Assembly (NCBI GenBank): GCA_037443035.1
Contig: JBBIPC010000021.1
Span: forward strand, 1-64,000
Reading direction: 5' to 3'
DNA length: 64,000 nucleotides
Origin: Chthonomonadales bacterium
GTDB lineage: Bacteria; Armatimonadota; Chthonomonadetes; Chthonomonadales; CAJBBX01
Shown here: in pieces, positions 8,607 to 22,100 of the stretch
How positions within the stretch are numbered: the stretch's first letter is position 1
How the letters are laid out: every line of letters starts with the position of its first letter
Notes under the pieces: generated by a model
What the model was told of the DNA's origin: nothing
Database searches by the model: none
Seen by the model: only the letters and a program-made list of their open reading frames with translations
Translations under genes and position numbers: made by a program

Positions 8607-11600
8607 TTAGAAACGGAGGCCGAGGTCGGCGTCTATGGATCTGACGTGATAGCTGTAGTCGGCCGATCCCGCGCTGGTGCCTTTCGCAGTGTAATGCTGG
8701 TCGCGCCAGCCAACCTGGAACTGCGTGTTCTGGCCCAAGTCGAAGGCCAGGCCGAAGCTGAGCGTCCGCTGGGCTGAAGCGAGATACCCGGTGCTGTCGG
8801 CAGTGTCCCACTGGAGGAAGAGGTTGCTTGCTGTCCACACAGGATACTCGAGGCGGAGGCCGTAGCTCGATAGGTTCGTGCTTCCACTGCCGAAGTAGCT
8901 GCCGTATCCACTACCATAGTAGCCTCCTGTGAGGTCGCCCGTTGAACCACTGCTGCTCGAATCTGCGCGGGTGCTCGACCGCATGAAGTTGATATTGGCG
9001 GTGGTGACGAGTTTGCCCCACGGTCTGGCTTGAACGTTCAGGTAAAGGGTGGATGTCTTGGTTCCGCCATCGCTGCCGACGTAACTGACGTTCTGGAACA
9101 TGGCACCGCCGAAAAGCGAGAGGCGCTGACCCGGATTGTACGTGGCGTTCAGGGAGACACCGCTGCGCTTGCTGTTGAAGAGGTAATCGCCAACGCTGGA
9201 GCCGGCCATGTAATTCAGGTCGAACGTCACGGTGGGCCATGGCTGGTAGTTGATGGCCAGGTTGACGCCGCGCGAGTTGCCTCCGAAGCTTGCGGAGCCT
9301 AGACCGTATGTGCCCGATCCGAAACCGCCGGAGTAGTTGCCGTAGCCGCCGAGCCCGCTATTGACGCCGCCGCCGTAGTAGCCGGTCAGACCTCCACCTA
9401 GGTAGCCGACCGTGCCATATTGGCGCGTCGCGGTGGTGCCCACCGTCGTGCCAGATCCCGCATAGGTGCCGAATAGCGAGTAGCCTCCGGATGTCTGGTA
9501 TTGGTACCCCAGCGTCACGGTCATGTTCTTCATGGGCATGGCCCGCGTGCTCAACGAGATGTCCTGAGCGGTGTTTCGCTTGCCCTCGGCGCTTCGCATG
9601 CTACTGTTGGTGATCGTCGTATCGAACGATAGGCGCTCACCGAGCCTCCACCTGGCAGCCAGGCGCGCATTCAGTGCATCGCTTCCATAGCTGGCTACCT
9701 GTGAGCCGGTGCCTGTGTTGCCGGCGTAGTAGGTGGCCGTCGTGGAAGCGTTCTGTCTGCCAAGAGAGGCGTCTAACGTCAGTTGGCCGAGCGTCTGCTG
9801 ATAAGTCAGGCTATCTGTTAGGTAGGTGCTACGGCCTCCAGCGCCGAGAACGGTGCGCATGTTGTTGTGGGTCAAGCTCAGAGTACCGTTCTTGCTGATC
9901 TGCCAGCTGGCACGCAGCGATAACTGATTGTAGTCGTCGAGGCCGGCGGTAGAGGCGAGCCCTCCCGTTCCGGTACTGGTCGTCGTATAGCTGTATGCCG
10001 GACGCCTTGTCCGTTCCAGCGTAGCATTGAGCTTGACCCTGTTGTTGGGCTGATAGTCGGCTGTAAGGCTGAGGCCACGATCGTTCCGACGGAAGCCGGG
10101 GCTCTGGATGGCCGTGAAATCCGCGCCGATGTTCTTGAGCGTCCAGTTCAGGCGGAGCTTGTCCTTTGCGAACTTCATATCGCTACGGATCTGCCATGCA
10201 CCGGCGCTGGCGCTCTGGGCGCCGAGGCTCAAGGAGCTAGTCGCCAGCTCAGCGGTGATGTTGCCCCACTTGCCCAGGGGCGTATTCAGGTCGAAGCCGA
10301 GTACCGATCTATCGCCACTGGAGACGTCGGAGCTGGCGGGTGTGTAGATGATCTTGATGATCTGCGTGCTGGGTATCGCCATCTTGAAGTAGACGCGATT
10401 GGGCAGCAGGGGATCCAGCACATAATCGGTACCGTACACCTGGGGCAGACCACTCACCGTTACGGTCATGGGATAGACGGGCGTGCAGCCGGTGATCTTC
10501 CCCTCGCTATCCCGGATGAGCGTAACTTCGACGGGGAGCTCTAGGACATAGGGCGTGGTGGAGCTGTTGTAGCCGTAGAACTGCTCGGTGCGCGTTTGGA
10601 GGCGTCCCGACCGACCGTTGGAGGTCTGGTTGAGGTAGGTGACGCCGAGCTTGAAGGGCTTCAACGATGCGATATCGGCTCGCCACCCGGTCAAGATCCC
10701 GGGAGATTGGTTGTAGCCGTAGGTCTCGAATGTCACCGCGATGGTATCCAGCTCGTGGACAATGAAGCCATTGAGGAAGTTCAGTTCGCCCGTGTAGGGG
10801 TCCAGCGTGTAGTCCTGTCCGAGCACCATGTCGCGGTTGTTCACCCGCACCCGTGCACTGCCATCCACAACCTGACCTGCGAAGACGTAGTACGGCCCGG
10901 ATCGGTTGGCCCCATTGATGACGATGGTACGTGTCTGGGCCTTCTCTTCGGTGTACAGGGTGTTGAGCTTGATCCCCTTAGCGACGTTGGCAGAGAGCGT
11001 GACTCCTCGCAGGGAACGGCTGAAGTCCAGGAGGGAGTTGCCGGTTATGCCCGCCTGAATATCGCCTGCCTCGACGCTGAAGGCTTTGGTAGCATAGCTT
11101 AGCTTGACACGGTTGTCGTAGGGCATGCCGTAGAGGCTGTCCGTGTAGCGGGTTTCGAAGCTGACGAGGCCGAACAGCTTGCCGGTGATCGTCACGTCTG
11201 TATCGGTGTAGCCGCCCATGCCGCGGCGTCCGTAATAGGTGGCGTTCTCATAGGAGTCCCGACTGCCAGCGATGTTCTCCATGTGGTAGCGGAGGTTGTG
11301 CTGGCCGGTGATCTTCAGTTCGGATCGCGTCTGTGCTCCTAGGTTCTTGAGCCACTTCTGCAGGTCATTGAGCGCGCGGAACGGGCTGCGCCGCGGAACG
11401 ACACCCCCGACCAATGGCTTGGCCGTCGGTGGGGCCGTAGGCGCTTGCTGGTTGGAGGTCCCGACGGCAGCAAGGGCGTCCCACAGGGTCTCCTGTGGAT
11501 CATCGGCCAGGGCGCATGCCATCGGCCATGCGACCAAGCACGCCACGGTGCCTAGGACGCATGCAGTTCGACGCTCCATTCTGCGTATGATACGCAAGAC

Positions 11601-11612
11601 GGACCAGCTCAT
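8607..11612 (-). CDS. Large secreted outer-membrane beta-barrel-like protein
   Basis: Signal peptide, many amphipathic beta-strands, Gly/Tyr-rich loops, and C-terminal IDADLGLRF ending in Phe. Confidence 0.7.
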   Translation of the reverse strand: MSWSVLRIIRRMERRTACVLGTVACLVAWPMACALADDPQETLWDALAAVGTSNQQAPTAPPTAKPLVGGVVPRRSPFRALNDLQKWLKNLGAQTRSELKITGQHNLRYHMENIAGSRDSYENATYYGRRGMGGYTDTDVTITGKLFGLVSFETRYTDSLYGMPYDNRVKLSYATKAFSVEAGDIQAGITGNSLLDFSRSLRGVTLSANVAKGIKLNTLYTEEKAQTRTIVINGANRSGPYYVFAGQVVDGSARVRVNNRDMVLGQDYTLDPYTGELNFLNGFIVHELDTIAVTFETYGYNQSPGILTGWRADIASLKPFKLGVTYLNQTSNGRSGRLQTRTEQFYGYNSSTTPYVLELPVEVTLIRDSEGKITGCTPVYPMTVTVSGLPQVYGTDYVLDPLLPNRVYFKMAIPSTQIIKIIYTPASSDVSSGDRSVLGFDLNTPLGKWGNITAELATSSLSLGAQSASAGAWQIRSDMKFAKDKLRLNWTLKNIGADFTAIQSPGFRRNDRGLSLTADYQPNNRVKLNATLERTRRPAYSYTTTSTGTGGLASTAGLDDYNQLSLRASWQISKNGTLSLTHNNMRTVLGAGGRSTYLTDSLTYQQTLGQLTLDASLGRQNASTTATYYAGNTGTGSQVASYGSDALNARLAARWRLGERLSFDTTITNSSMRSAEGKRNTAQDISLSTRAMPMKNMTVTLGYQYQTSGGYSLFGTYAGSGTTVGTTATRQYGTVGYLGGGLTGYYGGGVNSGLGGYGNYSGGFGSGTYGLGSASFGGNSRGVNLAINYQPWPTVTFDLNYMAGSSVGDYLFNSKRSGVSLNATYNPGQRLSLFGGAMFQNVSYVGSDGGTKTSTLYLNVQARPWGKLVTTANINFMRSSTRADSSSSGSTGDLTGGYYGSGYGSYFGSGSTNLSSYGLRLEYPVWTASNLFLQWDTADSTGYLASAQRTLSFGLAFDLGQNTQFQVGWRDQHYTAKGTSAGSADYSYHVRSIDADLGLRF

Positions 11613-12670
11613 GTCACAGCGCTCGCGGCTATGTCCACGTTCCTGAGCGCATCCTGGCGGAGTTCGGGGAGCACGGTCACCAGACTTCGCCGCAGTTCCT
11701 CACGACTGCGAAGTACCTGTTCCGCAAGCCCGGTCACTTCATGGGCTGACGCCCGTTGTATGGGCACGGTGCATGCCTCCAGGCCCAAGCGAGCCATGAA
11801 CGCCATGACCTTGGGATCGTAGGAAACGCCGGCCAGGGCAACTCCGCATGCCGCAGCCAGAATCAGAGCATGGAGCCTCATACCCAAGAGTACGTCCATG
11901 GCCTGGATGTGCTCCAGCACTCTCGTGGGGTTCCCTTCAGGATCCGCAACGACACCGACGCCACTTCGTGACGCAATCGTACAGCAGAGTGGTGCGTCCA
12001 GTTGTGCGTGCATGGGTAGCAGGACGACGCTACAGCCCCGAGCAGACAGTCGCTTCACTGCGTCCACGAAAAGGCCAGCGATGTCCCGGCCCTCCCACGG
12101 GCGCACTGCCAGCCCCACCACCGGCTGTGGATGCAGTTTCCTGGCGAGCGCGTTCTCTCCACCGAGCAGCAGAGCCGGATCCGCGGTGACGGAGATGCAG
12201 TCCCGAGGTACACCAAGGCGCTCGAGCAACTGTGCCGAGCCGGTGTCCCGAACAGTGAGCGCTGCCGCCTGTAGAGCCGCCCTTCGCACCAGCACCCTCG
12301 ATACGTTCCGGCGCAGCGGGCCTATACCCTGGGCAAAGAACATGTACGGGGTACCGAGACGTCGGGCCAGCCAGAGGACCGCTACATAGTACAGGAGAGA
12401 CCGAAAGCTCGTAACGTCTTGGAGCAGGCTTCCGCCACCGGAGAGGAGCAAGTCCGAACGCTGCAAGACCGCCCGTACCGACCGCAGGTGCATTCGTGGC
12501 GCCGCACGGACGCCGTGGATCGCCTCTGTCCAGGTCGGATCCGCACTGAATACGACGAAGTCCGATGGGTTGGCGAGATCTCGCGTGCCGAAACCGCGAA
12601 CCGTCCCAGCCAGAACAGCCTCGTCCCCAGTGTTCCGCAACCCGAAGTAGCCTGAGATGGCCAAGCGCAA
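11609..12670 (-). CDS. csaB: Polysaccharide pyruvyl transferase CsaB
   Basis: Motifs ISGYFGLRNTGDEAVL, SGGGSLLQDVTS, AQGIGP, VRD, TADPA, GMRLHALI and SYDPKV. Start (TTG) is approximate. Confidence 0.9.
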   Translation of the reverse strand: MRLAISGYFGLRNTGDEAVLAGTVRGFGTRDLANPSDFVVFSADPTWTEAIHGVRAAPRMHLRSVRAVLQRSDLLLSGGGSLLQDVTSFRSLLYYVAVLWLARRLGTPYMFFAQGIGPLRRNVSRVLVRRAALQAAALTVRDTGSAQLLERLGVPRDCISVTADPALLLGGENALARKLHPQPVVGLAVRPWEGRDIAGLFVDAVKRLSARGCSVVLLPMHAQLDAPLCCTIASRSGVGVVADPEGNPTRVLEHIQAMDVLLGMRLHALILAAACGVALAGVSYDPKVMAFMARLGLEACTVPIQRASAHEVTGLAEQVLRSREELRRSLVTVLPELRQDALRNVDIAASAVT

Positions 12671-12675
12671 TGGGC

Positions 12676-14649
12676 TTACCCGGTAGACGGCGACTTCTGC
12701 GCAGGTTGACCTGCTTGCCGGCAGACGAGATACGAAAGCACCACACCGATCACGGCGCCCAGGAGGAGGCCAATCACGGCACGGACGACGGAGACTACGA
12801 GCGGCGTGTGGATATGGCAGAACGTGTTCAAGAGGGACGCCTGGCCCAGTACACCGACCAGGAGCGCAGGCACCGCCCATCGCCGCTGGCCTCTAAGCGT
12901 CAGCACAGCCGCAAGGACGAGAGCCGGGTGGCCGATGAGAAACTCCTTGGTGCGTGGGCGCGCCGGGAGGATGGCGTCCAGTATCGACCGGAACCGCAAC
13001 TCCAAACCCGACACTCCGACGCCAGGGTCGTTGCCCGTACGCATGAGGGCCAGTCCAACTGCCGCCAGGATAACGAGAGTCAGAACGAGCATGCCCACAA
13101 GTACCGGCTGCGAGAAGAAGACCTGTGCGCGCTGCTTCCTGACGTGCCAGGCGGCGCTCATGCTCTGGCTCGCAGCCGGCAGTTCGACAACCAACAGCAC
13201 CGCGGTAATGAGGATGGGCAGCCCGTGGGCCGCTTTGATACCGAGAAACTGGTTGGCCTTGACCATGTACGCGCGTGATGCCAGGAGCCCGACAACCGGC
13301 AGAACACCCAGGGCTGTCACGGCGGAACTCGACACCAGCATACCCACGGCGGTAGCGACAGCCTTTCGCAAGCGCACCGGCTCGCCGCCATGCTGACAGC
13401 CTTCCATCATGCGGACGAATGGGAGGGCCGCCAGGGAGGGCGCCACTACTGCCACCAGGAGCGCTACGAGTTTCCGACCCGTATCGCCGAAGACGACCAT
13501 GCCGGCGCATGCTACGCAGAGCACCGGAAGCAGCCATCGCCGGTACCTGGCCATCTCGGGCAGTGCTTCGACGATGAGCAGTGCAGTGAGGGCACCGGCG
13601 CCTAGACCGATCAACGGGAAAACCAGCACTGGTACATGGGGCTCACTGAACGGCCGGGCCGCGCCGAGGCTCAAGAGAGATTCCCTCGTGATGCCACGTG
13701 CGATGGTAGCAATGTAGCGGGCATTCGCTGCGAGCGCATCGGTACCGGCGAGAGTCAAGAGCCGCACGTAGCAGACACGGATATTCCGCTCGCGGGCAGC
13801 TCTGACGAACCTTTCGACGGCCTCTGCTTCGCTCAGGGTACCCATCTCGCCTTCCGAGATACTGTGCACCCGGACATACTCGCCTCTGAGTGCGGATCCG
13901 AGCTGAGCATCGCCCTTCTGCTTCCCGAACTCCACTTGCCCGAAGTAGACCCTTGACTGTCGGAAGGCCTCGGCCGCCTCCCTGTGCTGTCCGAAGTAGC
14001 CGAACACCTCCGTTCCTGGGCAGATGACAATGCGAACGCCGTCACGCGATAAGTCGGCCAGCACGGCCTCCATGCTTCGTTGCGATGCGCCGGGATAGTT
14101 GGCGATCCGAGCTACCGGTTCCATGCCAAGTGCGGCAGCATCGGCAAGAGCGCGTTCAGGTAGGCCTGTACCCACCTGGGCAAGTGCAACGATGGACCCG
14201 CGGAAGACTGCCGACCGACCGGGGCGATCAGGGGACCAGAGCAACGTGTAGGGCGCTCTCGACGGTTGCGGTTCAGGATCGGATGGAACGCCACGAAGCT
14301 CCCACGCGCGGGTCACTCTGTCCAGCAGAGTGGCGTCTGCCAAGCGGACGGTCGCCAGGCGTTGCGTGCCGGACACTTGCGCCAGTCCCTGCTCCTCGAG
14401 ATCCGGCAGCATTTCTTCGGTAACGGCGACCGACGTGGCGCCCGCTTCCTCGAGTTTCCGCAAGACGTCGCGCACAGAGATCCCAGCGCCGGCAGCCAAC
14501 CGCTCGGCCTCGAGATAGTCCACGGTGATGGACACGCGGCGGTTGCGCATCTCCGTGCGAAACCGCGCCGCAACGGCAGCGAGTGCGGCGAAAGCGCTGA
14601 CCGCTACAAGGAGGGTGACCAGACGGCGGAACCCGGAAAGCTGTCTCAT
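12676..14649 (-). CDS. DUF5693-like membrane protein
   Basis: Motifs RVHSI, RAARERNIR, FLGIK, RPRTKEFLIGHP and NTFCHIHTPL; typical neighbour of csaB. Confidence 0.8.
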   Translation of the reverse strand: MRQLSGFRRLVTLLVAVSAFAALAAVAARFRTEMRNRRVSITVDYLEAERLAAGAGISVRDVLRKLEEAGATSVAVTEEMLPDLEEQGLAQVSGTQRLATVRLADATLLDRVTRAWELRGVPSDPEPQPSRAPYTLLWSPDRPGRSAVFRGSIVALAQVGTGLPERALADAAALGMEPVARIANYPGASQRSMEAVLADLSRDGVRIVICPGTEVFGYFGQHREAAEAFRQSRVYFGQVEFGKQKGDAQLGSALRGEYVRVHSISEGEMGTLSEAEAVERFVRAARERNIRVCYVRLLTLAGTDALAANARYIATIARGITRESLLSLGAARPFSEPHVPVLVFPLIGLGAGALTALLIVEALPEMARYRRWLLPVLCVACAGMVVFGDTGRKLVALLVAVVAPSLAALPFVRMMEGCQHGGEPVRLRKAVATAVGMLVSSSAVTALGVLPVVGLLASRAYMVKANQFLGIKAAHGLPILITAVLLVVELPAASQSMSAAWHVRKQRAQVFFSQPVLVGMLVLTLVILAAVGLALMRTGNDPGVGVSGLELRFRSILDAILPARPRTKEFLIGHPALVLAAVLTLRGQRRWAVPALLVGVLGQASLLNTFCHIHTPLVVSVVRAVIGLLLGAVIGVVLSYLVCRQAGQPAQKSPSTG

Positions 14650-14664
14650 GTCACTGCGGTCAGC

Positions 14665-15411
14665 CTACCACGGATCCACGTCGGTCCAGCGCGCTCTCCG
14701 TCTGTGGAGAAGCCGCTGGCCGCCAAGAAGCAGGATGATGACAAGGCCGAGCGTGAAGCCCCCTGCGTGAGCCGCGTAGGCAACGCCGCCGCCGCGCAAC
14801 TCTCCTCCGCCGAGGAAGCTCACGTTCAAGAACTGGATGACCGCCCAGAAGCCGATGACCAGAAGTGCCGGCACCTCCGCCAGAGTGGAGAAGAAACCGA
14901 GCGGAACCAACGCTAGCACCCTCGCATGGGGAAACAGCACCAAGTAGGCTCCCATGACGCCGGCCACCGCACCACTCGCTCCGATCGTCGGTACCTCCGA
15001 GCCGGGGCCTGTGAGGATGTGCGTCAATGCAGCGCCTATGCCGCTCACCAGATAGAAGACCAAGAACCCGACGTGTCCCAGCGTGTCCTCTACGTTGTTT
15101 CCGAAAATCCACAGATACAGCATGTTGCCGCCGATATGCAGCCAGTTGGCGTGGAGGAACATGCTGGTCACGATCGTCATTCCAGCGCCTGCCGGATCGC
15201 TCGTGACATCGGCTGGGACCATGGCGTAGTGCTGCGCCAGTCCTCCCACAACCCTGGGTACCTCCACGATACCGATGGGCGTCAGGACGCGAGCCACTTC
15301 CATGCTGGCTGTCACCCTGTCCACAATGAACGCCACAACATTCGCGGCAATCAGAGCGACAGTCACAACGGGAAAGGTCGTCGTCGGGTTGCTATCACGA
15401 AGAGGAATCAT
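14665..15411 (-). CDS. Rhomboid family intramembrane serine protease
   Basis: Motifs MIPLRD, SMFLHANWLHIGGNMLYLWIFGNNVED, GASGA and AHAGGF. Confidence 0.93.
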   Translation of the reverse strand: MIPLRDSNPTTTFPVVTVALIAANVVAFIVDRVTASMEVARVLTPIGIVEVPRVVGGLAQHYAMVPADVTSDPAGAGMTIVTSMFLHANWLHIGGNMLYLWIFGNNVEDTLGHVGFLVFYLVSGIGAALTHILTGPGSEVPTIGASGAVAGVMGAYLVLFPHARVLALVPLGFFSTLAEVPALLVIGFWAVIQFLNVSFLGGGELRGGGVAYAAHAGGFTLGLVIILLLGGQRLLHRRRARWTDVDPW

Positions 15412-15485
15412 GGTGGGTCAATGATAGCATTCTGGCATACAACCTCCGAAGAAGGCTAACAGCAGGGAGGCGCACACTGGCAGAC

Positions 15486-16314
15486 CTAGGCGGACCTGCG
15501 CGTGGGTGCCAGGCGGCCGCAGAGCTTCACGTGCGTCCGCAAGCGCGGCTCGGTCCTGGTGTCGGAGATGGTGACGCCTGTACTGCCTGCGGCATGGATC
15601 AGCCGATGGCGATCCAGGGCCATGCCTACATGCACAATGCCCCTGCCACGTGGATCCTCTCCACCGAAGAAAAGAAGGTCGCCGGCCTCCAGCTCCTCCA
15701 CTGCGACAGGCTGGAGTCCATCCCACGCTGCCTGCTGGTAGGCGTCGCGCGGAAGCACCACCCCATGCAGTGCGTAAACCCGCTGCGTGAAGCCGGAGCA
15801 GTCTATGCCGAAAGGCGATCGTCCTCCCCAGAGGTAAGGAACGCCCAGAAACCTGCAGGCCGTGAGCACGAGCTCGTGCGTGTCAGGCATGCCCGACGTT
15901 GGAACCGGCTCGAGGGCAGCAGCCCGAATCCACCCGGGCGTACCGTCGGGGTGAACGATCTCCACGAAACCGCCTTGCAGAGTCTTTTCCCGGGCAAGCT
16001 GGACCTCCGTGCCAATCGTTAGGAGCGTCTGCTGTTGCGAACCCTTGGGGTCGCCGTAGACCGGCTCCAGGAGGCTGGCCACCCGATAACGCACCGCGTC
16101 GGCTATCCACGTGGGGTCGGAAGGTACGACAGCATCCGTGTGTACCCATCCTTCGTAACCATCTGCACAGCGAACGAAGCGATAGCCCGCGTCCGAATCG
16201 AGGACCGTGACGACTTCTCCGTAGAGCACCTGGCTGACCATCTCGGCGCCATCGCGTGGCTCGGCCCGAAGAGGCGCCACGTTCCGCAACGCGCGGTACG
16301 GGACGCTCGAACGT

Positions 16315-16337
<23 letters not shown>
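15486..16337 (-). CDS. SH3b-containing NlpC/P60 peptidoglycan peptidase (YkfC-like)
   Basis: SH3b-like SQVLYGE...DGYEGWV; catalytic FLGVPYLWGG...DCSGF...HVGM...IHA. Start is approximate. Confidence 0.88.
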
Positions 16338-18633
<2,296 letters not shown>

Positions 18634-18680
18634 GCTGAGGTAGCGCCACGCCTGCCGGTGAACCGAGGAGGTACCCGACG

Positions 18681-19001
18681 ATGGCAAGCACCAGCAATAC
18701 GAGAGTCGCCAGAACCCGAATGTTCGTGGCCCTCGTGCTGTATATGGCAGTGGTTGCGGCTCTCTGGTGGTCTCGATGGGACCGCATCGCAGCAACGGAG
18801 GCCAGGTGCGAATCGGAAAAGCAAGCGACGGAGATCAAGAAGCACTATCTCTACGCCATCCAGCAGAGCAACATGGAGGCCGAGAAGCAACTTCAGATTG
18901 CCAAGCACCCTCGCCGTCCGGGTGACCTGCCGCGCCAGTTCGGATGGCAACGGAAAGGCTTCCGACCACTATTGGGACCGGGTGTCGGCGCTAGCGAATA
19001 G
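18681..19001 (+). CDS. Bitopic coiled-coil protein, probable divergent FtsB/DivIC
   Basis: One TM helix, a coiled coil and a PRQFGWQRKG tail. Lies directly downstream of eno, with RBS GAGGAGG. Confidence 0.5.
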   Translation: MASTSNTRVARTRMFVALVLYMAVVAALWWSRWDRIAATEARCESEKQATEIKKHYLYAIQQSNMEAEKQLQIAKHPRRPGDLPRQFGWQRKGFRPLLGPGVGASE

Positions 19002-19117
19002 CGCGAAGCACGCCTGCCGAGCCACCACGGCACGGCAGCTCGAATGTCACCGAAGCCGCCAGGAACCGGACTGCCGGGCGGCTTCGGATCTCTCCAAGAC
19101 ATACGTTCCATCGCCAC

Positions 19118-22100
19118 ATGCAGCCTGACTATCTCCTGGATCGCCTCGACGCCATCGAAGACCTCCGCATCGCCATGGCACGGCTGGCCAAAGGCGAGCC
19201 GTACGCGATCGCGGGTACGGCCGGACCTGTACGCGCCCTGCTCGTGGCATGGCTCCACAGGTCGTACCACGGTCCGTTGCTCGTGGTGACGTCGTTCCAG
19301 GAGCAGATGGAGCGTCTCTGCGACGAACTCCGCTTTTTCGGTGTGCCGACAGACCGGGTCTTGCCTCTCCCAGCATTGGAGCGGGATACCGTCCTCCGCA
19401 GCGCCGCCGACTACACCGTATTGGGCGAGCGTGCAACAAGCTTGCGGGCGCTGGCGGACGGCGAGCCGTGTGTGGTGGTTGGAACCCCGGAAGCGCTCTT
19501 GCAGAAGGTCGGCCCTCCGGACGAAACACTGGGTGCGAGGATACGCATCGGCAAGGGCGAGGCCATCGCCCTGGATATGCTCCAGCATCGGCTGGCGGCA
19601 GTTGGCTACGTCCGTGTCATGACGGTCACGCAACCAGGACAGTTCGCCCAGCGAGGCGGCATCCTCGACGTTTTCCCCATCGGAGCTGCGCTTCCCGTCC
19701 GCATGGAGCTCTTCGGCGACGAGATCGAGCGCATGAGCTATTTCGACCCAGGCAGTCAGCGCTCCACATCGGCGGTCGGTGAGCTCGAGATCCTCCCTGT
19801 GCGCGGCTTCGTACTGACGCGGGAACGCGCGGCACGGGCCGTACCTCGTGTTCGGGAACTCCTGGCCAGGCGCTGCGAAGAGCTCCGGTCACAGGGACGA
19901 CGATCGGACGCTGACGATCTCGAGGACCGCATCGGAGCCGATCTCGCACGGCTCCGCGAGAGGGAATACTTCGAAGCCATCGAAGATTACGTTCCCTACA
20001 TTGTCCCCGAGGACTACTGCGCCCTCGATTACCTTCGAAAAGGCGTTGTGGCCGCCGGTATCGAAAGCCCCATCATTGTGCTCGACGAGCCCGCTTTCCT
20101 CGAACAACACTGGATGCGTGTTCAGGCCGAGCGTGCGGAAGCGCGGGAGAGACGGAAGGAGCGGGGAGACCTGCTGGAAGGTGAGGAGTGGGAGGGAGTC
20201 TCGCCGCGTGGTCTAGAGCGAGCGCTGGAGGCTGGCGCTCTCCTGGAGCTGAGCACATTGGAGCGAGGGAGAGGTCATTTCGTTCCCATCGCGCCGGCAG
20301 TGCTTCATTCAGCGGTCATGGAAACGTTCCGCCTGCACCCAGACACCGTGCAGGAGGACAGCCGCCGCTGGTTGGAGCAGGGAGCGCTCTGCGTAGTTGT
20401 GACGGACCAACCCCAGCGAACGCGACAGGTCCTCGCTGAACTGGGTGTGCCGGTCGTCGCAGAGCCGGACAGGAGCGGTGTGCATGTCATCGAAGGTCGG
20501 CTACGGCAGGGGTTCAAGTTCGATGAAGCCCGGCTGTACGTCCTGACCGATGCAGAGCTCTTCGGACGCACGCGGCCCGTACCGGTGCGCAAGAGGGCGG
20601 CCGGTGGGATACCCGTCTCCACGCTCTTGGACCTGCGCGAGGGCGATTACGTTGTGCATGTCGTTCACGGTATCGGGATCTACCGGGGCATGGTGAAGCG
20701 GCTCATTGACGGCGCTGAGAAGGACTATCTGAGCATCCAGTACGCAGCAGGCGACCGCCTCTACGTGCCTGCGGACCAGATAGACAGGGTCCAGCGTTAC
20801 ATCGGCGCCGAAGGAGCCAGGCCGCCCCTGAACCGCATCGGCGGATCCGACTGGCAGAGAACGACACGCCGGGTCAAGGAACAAGCACGACAGATCGCCA
20901 AGGAGCTCATCGAGCTGTACGCAGCCCGAGAAACCGCCACGCGACCGCCCTACGGGGAGGACTCGGCCTGGCAGGTGGAGATGGAAGATGCCTTCCCCTA
21001 TGAACCTACTCCGGGGCAGATCCGAGCCATCGCGGACGTCAAGGCCGACCTTGCATCCGATAGACCCGCAGACCGTCTCATCTGTGGCGACGTCGGCTTC
21101 GGCAAGACGGAGGTGGCTATCCGGGCGGCCTTCAAGGTCGTCGAAGCCGGCAAGCAGGTGGCCGTGCTCTGTCCCACAACCATCCTCGCGGCCCAGCACC
21201 ACGCCACCTTCACCGAGCGCCTCGCGGCCTACCCTATCCGTATCGAGCTTCTCAGCCGGTTCCGCTCCAGAGATGAGCAGAAACGCACCATTGTCAACCT
21301 CCGCACTGGAGCGACAGACATCGTGGTAGGAACGCACCGATTGCTTTCGAAGGATGTCGAGTTCGCGAAGCTGGGCTTGCTTATCATTGACGAGGAACAG
21401 CGGTTCGGCGTGGTCCAGAAGGAAAAGCTGAAACAGATGCGCAAGTCGGTGGATGTCCTCACCCTCACCGCCACACCCATCCCCCGAACACTCTCCATGG
21501 CGCTATCTGGCCTTCGGGAAATGAGCGTCATCGAGGAACCGCCCGAAGGGCGCCTGCCCATTGTCACCTACGTGCAGGAGTACAGCGATGAGCTAGTGCG
21601 GGACGCGATCATGCGGGAGATAGCTCGTGAGGGGCAGGTTTACTTCGTGCACAATCGGGTCGAGAGCATCTCCCACATAGCCCATCGGATCCAGAGGCTG
21701 GTACCCCATGCCCGACTAGCCATCGCACACGGTCAGATGTCGGAGGATCAGCTCGAACGGATCATGCACGACTTCTATCATCGGCAGTACGACGTTCTGG
21801 TCTGCACGACGATCATCGAGAACGGGCTGGACATACCGAATGTGAACACGCTCATCGTGGACTCTGCCGAACACCTGGGTCTCGCGCAGCTCTACCAACT
21901 CCGCGGTCGCGTCGGCCGGTCCAGCCGCCAAGCATACGCGTACCTGCTTGTCAGGCCGGGGCGCGTTCTCACCACCGAATCCGAGCAGCGGCTGATGGCC
22001 GTCAAGGAGTTCACGGCGCTCGGATCTGGCTACCAGATCGCCCTGCGCGACTTGGAGATTCGAGGGGCCGGGAATCTTCTGGGTGCACAGCAATCGGGCG

